The translations under genes were made by a program, and so were the position numbers. Below the pieces are notes generated by a model. It searched no databases. It was given only the letters and a program-made list of their open reading frames with translations, and was not told the DNA's origin. DNA of 64,000 nt from Octopus bimaculoides (lineage: Eukaryota), in contig NC_069008.1 of NCBI RefSeq assembly GCF_001194135.2, positions 17,892,793-17,956,792 of the forward strand, in the 5' to 3' direction. Numbering within the stretch: the first letter of the stretch is position 1; each line of letters opens with the position of its first letter. Positions 52,577 through 64,000 of this stretch are shown one piece after another.

Positions 52577-53421
52577 CCGTAGTTGTGACCAATGCCAATG
52601 TGGCCCGTTTAAAAGCACCCTTGAATTGTTGGGTAACATGCTGTGCTTGTGAAGACCAAGTGAACTGAGTGAAATCGTAGTCATGGTCAATGTCAATGCA
52701 GCCTCTGACTCGCTACCGTACTGGTGGCAGATAAAAGCAACCACTACACTCTAGGAGGGGTTGGCATTAGGAAGGGCATCCAGCTGTCGAAACCTTGCCA
52801 GATCAGATTGGAGCCTGGTGCAGCCTCCTGGCTTGTCGGTCCCCAGTCAAGCTGTCCAACCCATGCTAGCATGGAAAGCGAACGTTAAACGATGATGATG
52901 GTGATAGTTTGTATCCAAGATGCCAGATGTAATCAAACAATAAGATTGAGGATGAAAAATAGGTAATGGGTGCATATGCCATACTTCAAGAGTTTTTGGC
53001 CCTTCGTCAGCAACCACCCAACCCATCAATCATCCATGAACTCATTGCTTTAACATTATCATCATCGTTTAACGTCTGTTTTCCATGCTAGCATGGGTTG
53101 GATGGTTTGACTGGGGACTGGCAAGCCAGGCGGCTGCACCAGGCTCCAGCCTGGTCTGGCAAGCTTTCTACAGCTGGACGCCCTTCCTAACACCAACCAC
53201 TCCGAGAGTGTAGTGGGTGCATTTATGTGCCACCGGCACAGGGGCAAGAGGAGCTGGCATCGACCATGATCGGATGGTGCTTTTTATGTGTTACCGGCAC
53301 AGGGGTCACAACTACATTTCCATTTGATTTGATTGTGATATTGCTGTTGATGTACTTGACTCAATAGGTCTCCTCAAGCACAGCATGTCGCCCTATGGTC
53401 CAAGGTACTTTTGAGTGGGCT

Positions 53422-53466
<45 letters not shown>

Positions 53467-54326
53467 GTATTTATTTGTGTCTGTGTTTGTCCCCGCCCCC
53501 ACCATCGCTTGACAACCAATGTTGGTGTGTTTACGTCCCTGTAACTTAGCAGTTCGGCAAAAGAAACCAATAGAAAAAGTACTAGGCTTACAAAGAACAA
53601 GTCCTGGGGTCGATTTGTTTGACTAAAGGCGGTGCTCCAGCATGGCCACAGTTAAATGACTGAAACAAAAAATAAGGGAATAAAAAAAAATATCGTTAGT
53701 TATTTCTGGATGCAGCCCCAGAAATACATTTCCATTCACCAGCAGCTATCATNNNNNNNNNNNNNNNNNNNNNNNNNNNNNNNNNNNNNNNNNNNNNNNN
53801 NNNNNNNNNNNNNNNNNNNNNNNNNNNNNNNNNNNNNNNNNNNNNNNNNNNNNNNNNNNNNNNNNNNNNNNNNNNNNNNNNNNNNNNNNNNNNNNNNNNN
53901 NNNNNNNNNNNNNNNNNNNNNNNNNNNNNNNNNNNNNNNNNNNNNNNNNNNNNNNNNNNNNNNNNNNNNNNNNNNNNNNNNNNNNNNNNNNNNNNNNNNN
54001 NNNNNNNNNNNNNNNNNNNNNNNNNNNNNNNNNNNNNNNNNNNNNNNNNNNNNNNNNNNNNNNNNNNNNNNNNNNNNNNNNNNNNNNNNNNNNNNNNNNN
54101 NNNNNNNNNNNNNNNNNNNNNNNNNNNNNNNNNNNNNNNNNNNNNNNNNNNNNNNNNNNNNNNNNNNNNNNNNNNNNNNNNNNNNNNNNNNNNNNNNNNN
54201 NNNNNNNNNNNNNNNNNNNNNNNNNNNNNNNNNNNNNNNNNNNNNNNNNNGAGGTGTTTGTTGACAGTGTTTACTGTTAGAAACTTGATGAACGACTGGA
54301 CGGACTGAAACAATGGCAAAGTATAC

Positions 54327-54368
<42 letters not shown>

Positions 54369-55535
54369 TAGAGAGAGAGAGAAAGAGAGAAGGAGAAGGG
54401 GAGCAGGAGCTGGTGGTGGGGGGACGCACACACAGGTAATTACTAGCAAGGATGGTATCGTTAGACGGAATAACAGCTGACGAAGAAAACGCACACACAC
54501 ACACACGCACACATGTATGCATGGTTCCCAGGGTATAAAATTCTTGTTTAGACATATGCTGGTTCATTAAGAAATGTGTGTGTGTGTAGAGAGAGACAGA
54601 CAGACAGACAGAGTGTGTGTGTGTGTGTTGTGTGTTTTCACTGAATTATCGTCAACACAATTTTACTTGAAACAAAAAGATTACAAAGTACAAATTTAAT
54701 TATTGTCATATTTCTGGATAGTCGTTTGTTTGTTTTTTTTTGTTGTCAAATAACCACACATGCACTCCATATTCGCCCTTCACTTCAGATTTATTCTTCT
54801 TCCCATTTCACTGAACAACAACTACCAATACTATGATTGGGTCTCCGAGCTCCCGGAAACAACTGTTCAACTTCTAACCCCTTTTTTCCTCTCCTTTAAT
54901 TGCAATAAAAACCGAGTTAAAACAGAAACAATTTCTAAATCTCCCAAACAGAGACATTCAGTAACAGTTTGTAATAAGTCTACGTAGCTAAGTAGTTGAA
55001 TGATCTCCCCTGCAAGAAAGATCATAGAGTAACCTCCCTTCTATAAGTTTCTCGAAGCATCTGTGTCATGAGACATGATTCTTAATTATTCAAGAAGCTT
55101 AGCGTTTCTCTTGGAAGCTTCTAGAATGTCTAGCGTTCCATTTATAATAAACAGCTTGCTAACCCTGATCTTCGCTTCTTAGTCGATTAGACTCTGAGCC
55201 ATTCACGTCATTGCTGTGTCCATCTATTTCTCTATTGCCACATGACTGAAAGCCACCACTTAGCTGTTATTTCTCCATTTTTCCATGCATGGTCAGCGAT
55301 ACCTGATTTATCAATATCTCCTCGTATCACAGATTTGCGATGTTCCTCTACCTTTGTTTTGAGGGAGTAGAGGAACATACAAAGAATAAGTCCTGGGGGT
55401 CAATTTGCTCAAACGAAAGGCGGTGCTCCAGCATGGCCCACAGTCAAATGACTGAAACAAATAAAAGAGTAAAAGAATAAAAGAATAAAAGAATACACAC
55501 ACACAGAGTTACAGGAATAGTTCAAGGTGGAGAAG

Positions 55536-55589
<54 letters not shown>

Positions 55590-55698
55590 NNNNNNNNNNG
55601 AGAGAGATAAAGAGAGAGAGACAGATTAATGTGTTTGCCAAGTTGGCTGTTGTATGAGCAATGGAAGTTTAGATCAAACATTCACAAACTTACAGACA

Positions 55699-55744
<46 letters not shown>

Positions 55745-56039
55745 AAAAGAGAGAGAGACGGACTGAGGGAGAGGGAGAAGGTGAGAGATCCAACCACTTG
55801 ACTAATGAAAGGAACTTGAAAACAGAGAAAAAAGCAGTGACTTTAAGTGCAACGTGAAAGACCAGACTGGAGACACACACACACACACACAGGTAGTGTG
55901 TGTGTGTGTGTGAAGTCACTGTCCAAAGAGTTGCAAAAATGGCTGGCTCTCTGACGGAATTTAAGCGGAATGTGGAGACCAAGGTGAAAATATGCAAATG
56001 CGCACACACGCGTCATTCTCTCTCTCTCTCAATATATAT

Positions 56040-56552
56040 TCTTTTATTTGTTTGTCATTTGACTGTGGCCATGCTGGAGCACCACCTTTATTTGAACAAA
56101 TCGATCCCAAGACTTAGTCCTTATAAGCCTAGTACTTATTCTATCTATCTCTTTTGCCAAACCGCTAAGTTACGGGGACGTAAACACACCAACATCGGTT
56201 GTCAAGTGATGGTGGGCGGACAAACATACTCACACACATGCAAGCACACACACACACACAAGCGCACACACACACAAGCGCACACACACACAAGCGCACA
56301 CNNNNNNNNNNNNNNNNNNNNNNNNNNNNNNNNNNNNNNNNNNNNNNNNNNNNNNNNNNNNNNNNNNNNNNNNNNNNNNNNNNNNACACACGACGGTCTT
56401 CTTTCAGTTTCCGTCTACCAAATCCACTCACAAAGCTTCAGTTGGCCTGCAATTATAGTAGAAGACGCTTGCCGAAGGTCACACGCAGTGGGACTGAACC
56501 CAGTACCATGTGGTTAGAAAAGAAGCTTCTTAGCATACAGCCGTTCCTGCAC
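56040..56552 (-). mobile_element. SINE family A, full length
   Basis: Both halves present; the internal (CA)n contains the assembly gap. Confidence 0.85.
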
Positions 56553-57029
56553 CTTCAGATTTCACCGAGATCGACTTTGCCTTTCATCCTTGAAAGGGGT
56601 TGAGAAAATAAAATACAAACTGAGCACTGGGGGGGGGGGGTCAATGTGATCAATAACCCCTTGGAAATAATAGTAACTAATTATTATTATTATTATTATT
56701 ATTATTTATTATTAAGGTGACTACATATAGACACTCTCACACGTTGAGTAATGTCAGTCCGCTGTCATCAAAAGAGCCCAATTGTAAAGTGGTTTTATTT
56801 CACATGCAGGGTAATGATAACATTAATAGGTCACAGAAGCAAGTTGCCTCTTAATTCACAGAGCTGTGGGTGTAAAAAGTAAGGCTGGTCTAATTAGATA
56901 ATTGCTTAATTAAACAGAAAAAAAAAAAAAAAGCATGCTTACTAATCAACTTTCTTGTGCCTAGATTGTGTTAAATAAAGTTAACTAGTAGAACATGTGA
57001 AAATGGAAACACACACACACATATATATA

Positions 57030-57570
57030 TAGGCACAGCAGTGGCTGTGTGGTAAGAAGCTTGCTTCCCAGCCACATGATTCTGGGTTCAGTCCCACTGC
57101 GTGGGACCTTGGGCAAGTGTCTTCTACTAAAGCCTCAAGCCGATTAAAGCCTTGTGAGTGGATTTGGTAGATGGAAACTGAAAGAAGCACGCAGTATGTG
57201 TATATATATATTTGTATGTCTGTGCTTGTCCCCTCCACCATCGCTTGACAACCAATGTCGGTGTGTTTACATCCCCGTAATCTAGCAGTTCAGCAAAAGA
57301 GACCCATAAAATAAGTACTAGGCTTACAAAGAATAAAACCTGGGGGTCGATTTGCTTGATTAAAACTCGAGGTGCTCCAGCATGGCCACAGTCAAATGAC
57401 TGAAACAATATATGACAGGCTTCTTTTAGTTTCCATCTACTAAATTCACTCATGAGGCTTTGGTCAGCCTGAGGTTATAGAAGACACTTGCCCAAGGTTC
57501 CACGCAGTGGGACTGAACCTGGGACCATTGTGGTTAGGAAGCAAACTTCTTACTTCACAGCCATGCCTTC
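57030..57570. mobile_element. SINE family A pair: + full copy (57030-57410) and - head (57415-57570)
   Basis: The second element is the reverse complement of the head of the first. Confidence 0.85.
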
Positions 57571-58280
57571 ACCTATATATAAACTGATGTTTACGACTAA
57601 GTGTCCCCACCATCGCCACCACTGCCATTATGCTGACCCTACCCCCCGACCTCCCGTCTCCATCCTCGTTCTTACTTTGATTGATGATTGATCCTGACCG
57701 GTTAGTCAGCCTAATTCAAAGAATAATCGAAGTCACTACACAATACAAATACATCAATTGTTATTAGATTTGAGATTTACAGCGTAATTAACAGCTGAAG
57801 TGGATAATCTGCGATTGTGTGTGTGCATACATGCATGTGTGTATATATATATATATATATATATNNNNNNNNNNNNNNNNNNNNNNNNNNNNNNNNNNNN
57901 NNNNNNNNNNNNNNNNNNNNNNNNNNNNNNNNNNNNNNNNNNNNNNNNNNNNNNNNNNNNNNNNNNNNNNNNNNNNNNNNNNNNNNNNNNNNNNNNNNNN
58001 NNNNNNNNNNNNNNNNNNNNNNNNNNNNNNNNNNNNNNNNNNNNNNNNNNNNNNNNNNNNNNNNNNNNNNNNNNNNNNNNNNNNNNNNNNNNNNNNNNNN
58101 NNNNNATACCATGTCATATCAACAATTAAGGTTACAAATATAAAGTACATTTAGCAATTGGACCCGCACCCACTTATTACACTTGGTATAACACTAGTGT
58201 AACAATAATTGGGTACCCTCCCAGCAGTATATTGGGTTGAATCCTCAACCCCCAACTCTCTTGCATTATATATATATATA

Positions 58281-58515
58281 CAGGGTTGGCCAGAAGTCAC
58301 CTGACAGTAAATCAAAACCATTTAATTCCAAGATTTATTTATGTTTAACGACTGAATGAATTTAATAAAAGCATCTAAGCATGAAACATCATGAAAATTG
58401 TTCAAAACTGAACTCCTTCTTGAATGACACCATTTTTCCATTCAAGTCAATACAGAATTAAAGACGGTATTTATGGAATTTCGGTTTACTGTCAGGTGAC
58501 TTCTAGCCAACCTTG
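58281..58515. mobile_element. Tc1/mariner MITE, 235 bp
   Basis: 31-bp TIRs cagggttggccagaagtcacctgacagtaaa with 2 mismatches, flanked by TA on both sides. Confidence 0.9.
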
Positions 58516-59834
58516 TATATCTGCCCACACGTGACCCGTGACTAATTTTCCCATCTCTCCGTCTTTCGCCACTGGACGCTTAGCTTGCCGCTCAACATCT
58601 GTCCCCTCTCTTGCTATTTCTTTTCCTATGTCCATTCAGGATTTCTTCCAGGCATTACCCAGCATTCCCGTCTGTTTGGCTGAAAGTAAACAAATGTTAT
58701 TTGAAATGATTGGATGAAGACGGAATAAATATACCTGACTGGCACCTGTGCTGGTGGCATGTAAAAAGCACCTCCAAGCATGGCCAATGCTAGTGCCTCC
58801 AGTCTGGCTCCCATGCTGTTGGCACATAAAAAGCACCCATTAGACTCTCGGAGGGGTTGGCATTAGGAAGGGCATCCAGCTGTAGAAACCATGCCAGATC
58901 AGACTGGAGCCTGGTGCAGCCTCTTGGCTTGCCAGTCCTCAGTGAAATCGTCCAACCCATGCCAGCATGGAAGGCGGACACTGAACGACAATGATGATGA
59001 TAATAAGGATATATATATGTGTATATGCATACATATATAAATACAGACCCACATGTGCACTGACATACATTCATTAACACGGGGACACAGGTGCATACAT
59101 ATCTAAATACACCTATGTGCATGTATGTATGTATGTATGTATGCGTGTGTGTGTATACATATATGCAAACATACACTAGTGTGCAAGTAGTAAATCTTGT
59201 AAAGCTGTTATGTCTGCAAACGGATGGAAATAAAAGAGTCAACAGCTTTGCTCGGATGTCAGATTGAAAATGAAGTGCTTATGTTTGCTTTTGAGGGCCA
59301 AGGTCATTACTGTGAAGGATGTGCAACACATGGTGCATAGATTATTCACAGCTGTCAGGGCAACACCACCCGGCAACATGGCTTCGAGGATGGCCACACT
59401 CACACAACCAGACAACAATGGCAATAGCAGCTACAGACATTTTCACAAACGCACTGGTCGTATGAGTGTAGGTCCGTACACACACACACACACACCTTTT
59501 ACTGTCCACGATGTTTCACATTGCTGGACTTCATTTACAGTTTCTAATCTCCCACGAATACAGACGTCTTCCCACACACACATACACGTTTCTTATGATC
59601 TTACGTCTCCATTATCTTCTCGAACAGAATGTCTTACTTCATTTAAATTTTATTTTTCTAAATTATTTTGATATACAAATGCGTTTATTGATCCTAAAAG
59701 TACAGAAATGGAACAACACATCTCGTCCGATCATGTCTTATAAATCACTGGAAACATGATTTCGTTTATTTCAAAGTAGGTTACTGACAACTGAAGCTTA
59801 TATCTTTTACGAAAGTTTTAAATTCTTTTAATTG

Positions 59835-60358
59835 TTTCAGTCATTTAACTGTGGCCATGTTGGAGCACTGCTTTTAGTTGAACAAATCGACCCCAGGACT
59901 TATTCTTTGTAAGCCTAGTACTTGTTCTATCAGTCTTTATTGCCAAACTGCTAAGTTACGGGGACGTAGACACACCAACATCGGATGTCAAGTGATGGTT
60001 GGTGGGGATAAACACAGACATACAAACATATACATATATATATATATATATATATANNNNNNNNNNNNNNNNNNNNNNNNNNNNNNNNNNNNNNNNNNNN
60101 NNNNNNNNNNNNNNNNNNNNNNNNNNNNNNNNNNNNNNNNNNNNNNNNNNNNNNNNNNNNNNNNNNNNNNNNNNNNNNNNNNNNNNNNNATATATATACG
60201 ACAGGTTTCTTTCAGTTTCCGTCGACCAAATCCACTCATAAAGATTTGGTCGGCCTAAGGCTATAGTAGAAGACACTTGCCCAAGGTGCCATGCAGTGGG
60301 ACTGAACCCAGAACCATGTGGTTGGTAAGCAAGCTTCTTACCACACAGCCACTCCTGC
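59835..60358 (-). mobile_element. SINE family A, full length
   Basis: Both halves present; the internal (TA)n contains the 60057-60189 gap. Confidence 0.85.
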
Positions 60359-62194
60359 TTTTGTTATTAGACAAGAAAAACAAAAACAAAAAAAAAAAAA
60401 GGTCAACTACTTTCTTCAGTATTTCACTGCCTAGTCTTTGGGGTCTTCCACGCATTTTCTACAAGACCTCTCAACTCAAGTTTAGCAAATTTTGTAGACT
60501 GTACATCAGAAAGTGATTTTCTTTCTTTTTTTTCCAATTCATTTTTAATTACTGTTTATTTTGTTTATTTCATTTTATTCTATTTCATGTTATTTATTTA
60601 TGTTTTAAAACAAAAAACAAAAAGAAGGATAATTGTCTGTGTTTGTCTCCCACCACTGCTTGACAACCGGTTTTTGTGTGTCGACATCCCTGTAAACTTG
60701 GCAGTCAGGCAAAAAGAGACCAGTGGAAATTCTTTAAGGCGATGCCCCAGCATGGCCGTAGTCTAATGACTGAAACAAGTAATAGATAAAAGATATTCTA
60801 TACTTGATTTTAAGTGGGGAAAACTAGAAGTAAGACTTCCACACAGGGAAAAGTTGAAACCAAATTTGAATAATGATGAGAAAAATGTTGTTTATGAAGA
60901 TTTGACACTAAACCATGAGTGGGAGTCACACAAAAGTACACAGGCGAATCGTGCTTGTATATGTATACATACATTTATAAATAGTGAATTAAAAATACAT
61001 CAGTACCAACTGGAGGCCAGGTGTCAATTCATTGTGGTCATTTCTAATGAATTTTTTAATTGATTGAGTTCATTATGTCGTTATAAAAAAAAACGCCTTC
61101 TGCAGATAAATTCATGACTTTTAAAATCAAGAACATCTCTCTCTTTCATACATATATGTGTGTATATGTGTGTGTGTATATTGCCTGGATATTTATGCAG
61201 TGAACACACTACTCATACTTTGTCGTAATACTACCTGGATTTACCTTAGATTTTTACCTAAGGGCATTCGTACTAACATCCATACCCTCCGAAAAATGAC
61301 CTGTGAATTTTATTTCCTTATTTCCTTACTCTCTACTTTTCTATTTCATTGCTTATTACCTGCAAGTTTTCCATGTCTAGATCTTTTATATGGTCTCTAC
61401 TCGTCTCTGAAACAAAATCTGAGGATTTCAAGAGAAATGTAGAAACAAAAAAAATGATGAGGCAACCATTAACTGTAACAAAACCATTTTACTGTTCTAA
61501 ATTCTTTGAAGTAATTTAGCACCATTTGTGGGTCTCTTACTGGTCATAGTTGGTCAATCACCAAGTAATTAGTGGTTTTTAATGTCATTGTTAAGAATGA
61601 AGCCATTATTACACTCTGTGAAACAAACAGCAAAGACAACTATCATTATCATATTTTTAACATCCATTCTTTCGTTTTTCCATGCTTGCATGGATCAGAT
61701 AGAATTCACCGAAATAGGTTAATTTTCTACGGCTAGTTGCCGTTCCTGTCGCAACACTTCACCTGTTTCTAGGCAAGATAATGTTTCCTCATGGCTGGAT
61801 ATGTATAACAGTGGTGTTCATTCACATGTGTGTGTGTGTGTCTCAAGACGAGGAGACACACACACACATGTATACCTATACAGATGCCCTTCCAAAAGCC
61901 AAAGTGGTTGGCATTTAGAAGGGCATCCAGCTGTAAAAACCATGTCAAAGCTGACCTTGCAGGTGTTTGTACCACATAAAAAGCACTCAGTCCACTCTGC
62001 AGGGTGGTTGGTGTTAGGAAGGGTATCCAGCTGTTAAAACCCTGCCAAAACAGATGTCTGGTGCAGGCTCCTACCTGGCCAGTATGGAAGGCAGTCATTA
62101 AACGATGATGATTACATGTATGAGACATGACAGAGTTGCAAAGACCATTTACAATGCGATCCAAAGGAAGGACTATCCTGTCGTGTACATCAAA

Positions 62195-62400
62195 AGGATG
62201 TCAGAATCTGCAGGCGTTCACACCCTAAAGAACAAGGAACTCTAGTGGAACACCTCGATTCTGTGCAAACACAAGAGACCAGATATTGTTTGGGGAGGAC
62301 AAGGAACAAATGTCATGGACTGTAATAGGGGTCAGATGCCCAGCAGATGTGGATATACAATCAAAAGTCCAGAAAAAAAAAAAGGGAACATTTATGGTAA
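62195..62400 (+). mobile_element. Degenerate RLE-type LINE endonuclease fragment
   Basis: KEL(stop)WNTSI...KHKRPDIVW and VIGVRCPADV.I..K..K. Confidence 0.6.
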
Positions 62401-62911
62401 ATAAAAGTGGAACTTACAACTTTTGTATGCTGACTAGGAATTCTCATTTGTACCTATCATCATCAACATCATCATCATTTAGTGTCTGTTATCCATGCTG
62501 GCATGGGTTGGATGGTTTGACCAAGGCTGGTAAGCTGAAAGGTTGCATCAAATTCCAGTCTGATTTGGCATGGCTGGATGCCCTTCCTAACGCCAACCAC
62601 TCCAAGAGTGTAATGAGTGCTTTTATGTGCCATCAGCACGGGTGCCATTTGCGTGACACCGGTATCTGCCACGACCGCGATTTCATTTGGCTTGATGGGG
62701 GGACTTCTCAAGCATGACTTAATGCCAAGGGTCTCAGTCATTGCCCCCCTGGGGCCCAACACTCAAAAGGAGTTTTTTTGCGTCCAACCAGCATTGGCTA
62801 CTTTGCCTCCATGGGGCCCAATACTAGAAAGGTGCATTAGGTTATCCACCAACAAATTTGAACAAAAACCTAGAAATACTTGGTTTCACGTACATATATA
62901 CACACACACAC

Positions 62912-62957
<46 letters not shown>

Positions 62958-63041
62958 CAAAAAACAATAACAAAAAAACAACAAAGTGAGGACGTGATAC
63001 GGATAGGGTTATTGGACGCTCGGGAAAGGAAAGAGAGAGTG

Positions 63042-63075
63042 TATGACGTTTCGGGCGTAGCCCTTCGTCGGAAAG
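63042..63075 (-). ncRNA. Minimal hammerhead-like motif with variant core CCGACGA
   Basis: cuuu-CCGACGA-a-gggc-uac-gccc-GAAAC-GUC-aua: perfect 4-bp stem II, zero-loop ACGU stem III, poor stem I. Confidence 0.5.
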
Positions 63076-63709
63076 ATGGAAAGTTCGGAGAATGGAAATA
63101 TATATAAATATATATACACACACACAAACACGCATGCTTATGGGCTGTGACACAGTTTTCCGTCTATGAAACTCACTCACGAGGCATCGGTCGACCTGGG
63201 GCTATAGAAAGCAACTTGCTCCAGATGCCAGGCTGGGAGACCAAAGCCAAACAAAAGCCCCTGCAACTGGGAGGTAAAATCTGTTACCACCGCCGCCACC
63301 GCCACCGAGTGTAGCACACCTATATTGTATTACAAAGGAAGGAAGAGAAAAGAAAAGACTTAAATTAAATCCCAACAGACAAAATAAAAACAAAACCTAA
63401 ACAATCCAGAACAACAACAACAACAACAGCGAATACTGACTAATTTCAAATGGAAGAATATTTTTGCAGTTGAAACACAACTTTTGGGTTAGAATTCTCT
63501 CTCTGACCTGATTACGGACACCCATGAGATCAAATTTGATACGGGAATCAGAAAATGCTGTGTTTGGTTTTCATTATTGAAATTTTAGCAGATTTGCAGG
63601 CATGGTTCTGTGTGGTAAGAAGCTGGCTTCCAGACCACGTGGTTCTGGTTTCAGTCCCACTCTGCAACGCCATAGGTAAACTGCCTTCTACTACTACTAT
63701 GGCCCTTGT

Positions 63710-63905
63710 GAGGAATGTGTTGCTGTGGACACCAAATCATGGTGCCACACCGGCTGGAAGACCACGGAAGACGTATATACAACAGTTTGTAGAAGATGTT
63801 GGATGCCAAGATGAAGTCCCAGAAACACTAATGGAAGATCGGGGAGGGGGGGAGTCAGGCTGGCATGGGCAATCAGCTTGGCTAGATGATGCCTTGATGA
63901 AGAAA
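63710..63905 (+). mobile_element. RTE-like LINE 3' end inserted into a family A SINE head (63595-63980)
   Basis: VRNVLLWTP.HG....GRPRKTYIQQ...D.G; SINE sequence resumes afterwards at gccctgggccaaccaaagcc. Confidence 0.65.
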
Positions 63906-64000
63906 CTACAGCCCTGGGCCAACCAAAGCCTTGTAAATAGATTCAGATGATGGAAACTGAAAGAAGCCCACCATGTGTATGTATATGTATGTATACACAC

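Noticed and set aside
59240-59480. Non-repetitive, GC-elevated segment with ORFs on both strands
   Set aside because: No recognisable domain or convincing splice-site pair.

Overview
AT-rich, gap-rich eukaryotic draft sequence, dense in (TA)n/(CA)n/(GA)n/(GAT)n microsatellites and SINEs. The repeat families look like those of octopus/coleoid cephalopods (inference from recall, no search run). Two protein genes are supported. (1) A + strand multi-exon WD40-repeat gene of the WDR49 (CFAP337)/WDY family: 22 candidate coding exons from 14875 to 42939, about 875 visible codons, splice phases consistent except for an exon lost in the 29347-29839 gap; its 5' exons were not found. (2) A - strand GT31 beta-1,3-galactosyltransferase-like gene whose CDS is one uninterrupted ORF (44902-46674, 590 aa), convergent with WDR49. 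The rest is at least four SINE families, RTE and RLE-type LINE fragments, two distinct Penelope-like fragments, Tc1/mariner and piggyBac-type MITEs and a mariner transposase relic. Most notable oddities: an in-frame GAPDH-fragment/RTE-LINE chimera joined at a shared LGD motif; three minimal hammerhead-ribozyme-like motifs, one with a fully canonical core on the glycosyltransferase sense strand; and a CpG/ETS-rich promoter-like island inside a WDR49 intron with a strong antisense splice donor. Repeat boundaries are approximate. Almost all other ORFs in the track are microsatellite or N-gap artefacts.
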